NCBI GenBank assembly: GCA_014905635.1 | Contig: JABVCE010000013.1 | Location: 1,162,093-1,182,092 of the forward strand | Origin: Scenedesmus sp. PABB004 | Lineage: Eukaryota | Direction of reading: 5' to 3' | DNA length: 20,000 nt | In this document: positions 18,564-20,000 of the stretch, piece by piece | Layout: the number at the start of each line of letters is the position of its first letter | How positions within the stretch are numbered: position 1 is the stretch's first letter | Translations under genes and position numbers: made by a program | The notes under the pieces: model-generated | The model's input: only the letters and a program-made list of their open reading frames with translations | What the model was told of the DNA's origin: nothing | The model's database searches: none

Positions 18564-19938
18564 ATGGACCCGCCCAAGCCGCAGCCGCAGCAGGGGGGCG
18601 GCGGCGAGGCAGGCGTGTTCGCGGCCCTGGCCGCCCAGATACGCGCCCTGGCCGCGCGGGCAGGCCAGGGCGCGCAGCAGACGCAGCAGACGCAGCAGCA
18701 GCAGGCGCAACCTCCACCCGCCGGCGGCGCCGCCCGTGCAGGCGCGCCCGCCGACGCCGCGCAGCTGGCGGCGCAGGCGGCGCAGCTGGCGGCGCAGGTG
18801 CGGCAGCAGCAGCTCCTCGCAGCGATGCGCGCGGCGGCCGAGCACCGCGCCGCGGCCGAGCAGCGCGCGGCGCAGCAGCGCGCCGCCGCGGGCGCGGGCG
18901 GCGCGGGGGCGGGGGGCCCGGCGGGGCGCCCCCCGCGCCCGGGCAGCCGCCCGCGCAGCCGCTGGCGGCGCCGCTCGTGCCGGGGGGCACGTACGCAGAC
19001 GGCAGCCGCCGCGTGCTCGTCGGCGCGCCGCGGGGCAGGCGCCGCCGCAGCACGCGCAGGCGGCGGTGCGCGCGATGGTGCAGCGCGCCGCGCTGTCGCA
19101 GGCGAGCGCGACGTCGTCGGCCGTGCACCAGCGGGCGATGATCGCGGCGCTGCAGGCGTCCACCGCGCAGCGCGCGCAGCTTGCGGAGCGGCAGCGCCAG
19201 CAGTACGAGGAGATCATGGCCCAGCAGCGCCAGCGCGCCGAGGCGGCGCACCAGGCAGCGCAGGCCGCGCGGCGCGAGGCGGTCATGGTGTGCGGCGCGC
19301 GCGCGCGCGCGCGCGCGCGCGCCCGCCACGATGGCCGCCGCCGACGCGGCCGCCCGGCCGGGGCGCCTCGCGCCGCAGGAGGCGGCCGACGCGGCGGAGG
19401 GCGCGCACGAGGACGAGGAGGAGGACAGCGGCGACATCTACGCCAACTACAAGCGAGTGCTACGCGCGCGGCGCGCTCTGCTCGCGGGCGCACGGCCGCG
19501 CGCGCTCGTGCACGCACCGCACGGCGCCCGCCCGCCCGCGCGGCGGCGGGGCGTCACGCCGCCCGCCCTCCCGCCCGCGCCGCCGCGCCGCGCCAGGCCG
19601 TCCAAGGTGGTAGGGCCGGACCACCCTGACATCATCGTCGAGACGGCGTCGCTCGCGAGCGTCACGCCGCCCGACCCCGCCTACGACGTCCACCCGCTGC
19701 TGCAGGCGCGCGGGCTCTGGGCGCGGGGGCGCGGGCGTGGGCGGGGCGGGCGGCGCGCGCCGCTGCGTCCGCAGGGTGCGCGTGCGCTGCCTGCCGCCGA
19801 CGGGCGCGCCGCCGCGCGGCGCCGCCGCCGCCGCCGGCTCGCAGGAGGACGTGGCGGCGCGGCGGCTGTCGGGCGCGCAGCTGGAGACCCTGGTGTACGC
19901 CAACATGCGCTTCAACGGCCCGCGCCTGCCCGGCGGCG
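18564..19938 (+). CDS. SBNO: Strawberry notch / FORGETTER1-like (SBNO) helicase-like protein, 5' part; exons 18564-19287 (two apparent -1 breaks near 18925 and 19033), 19379-19452, 19597-19705, 19845-19938; continues off the window
   Basis: The spliced product DIYANYK|PSKVVGPDHPDIIVETASLASVTPPDPAYDVHPLLQ|EDVAARRLSGAQLETLVYANMRFNGPRLPGG matches the conserved SBNO segment (Y.PSK..G..HPD..VET.SL..V.PP...Y...LS..QLE...YA) that precedes the GDGAGVGKG P-loop. Gln/Ala-rich N-terminus. Confidence 0.85.
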
Positions 19939-20000
19939 GTGCGCGCGCGCCGCGCCGGCGCCGTCCCCCGCCCACGCGCCCGAGCCGGCGCCATCCCCGC

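Noticed and set aside
114..19994. Most long Arg/Ala/Pro-rich ORFs in the six-frame track
   Set aside because: Stop codons are rare at this GC content. These are shadow frames or intron read-through of the spliced genes.

Overview
Extremely GC-rich eukaryotic DNA with short spliceosomal introns, probably a green alga (Raphidocelis/Monoraphidium-like; inferred from composition, codon use and gene content). From left to right it holds: the 5' end of a SnRK2 kinase (-), a complete 13-exon ABC1K1/PGR6 kinase (-), a large AP2/ERF-domain protein (+), a ureidoglycolate lyase/hydrolase-like gene (-), a type II membrane Sulfotransfer_2-family gene (-), and the 5' part of a strawberry-notch/FORGETTER1 gene (+). 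The most unusual part is a ~4.6 kb segment (13561-18172) between the divergent sulfotransferase and strawberry-notch genes. It is bracketed by a 40-bp direct repeat (38/40 identical) and holds a fragmented, unrecognised + strand coding sequence studded with about ten stem-loops (seven with perfect or near-perfect 24-58 bp arms, plus shorter or G:U-rich ones). This could be a polycistronic hairpin/small-RNA locus or a mobile element remodelled by template switching. Two further points: 7 of the 22 intron donors I could place are non-canonical GC, and there are recurring -1 frame breaks, mostly at G/C runs (probably assembly errors).
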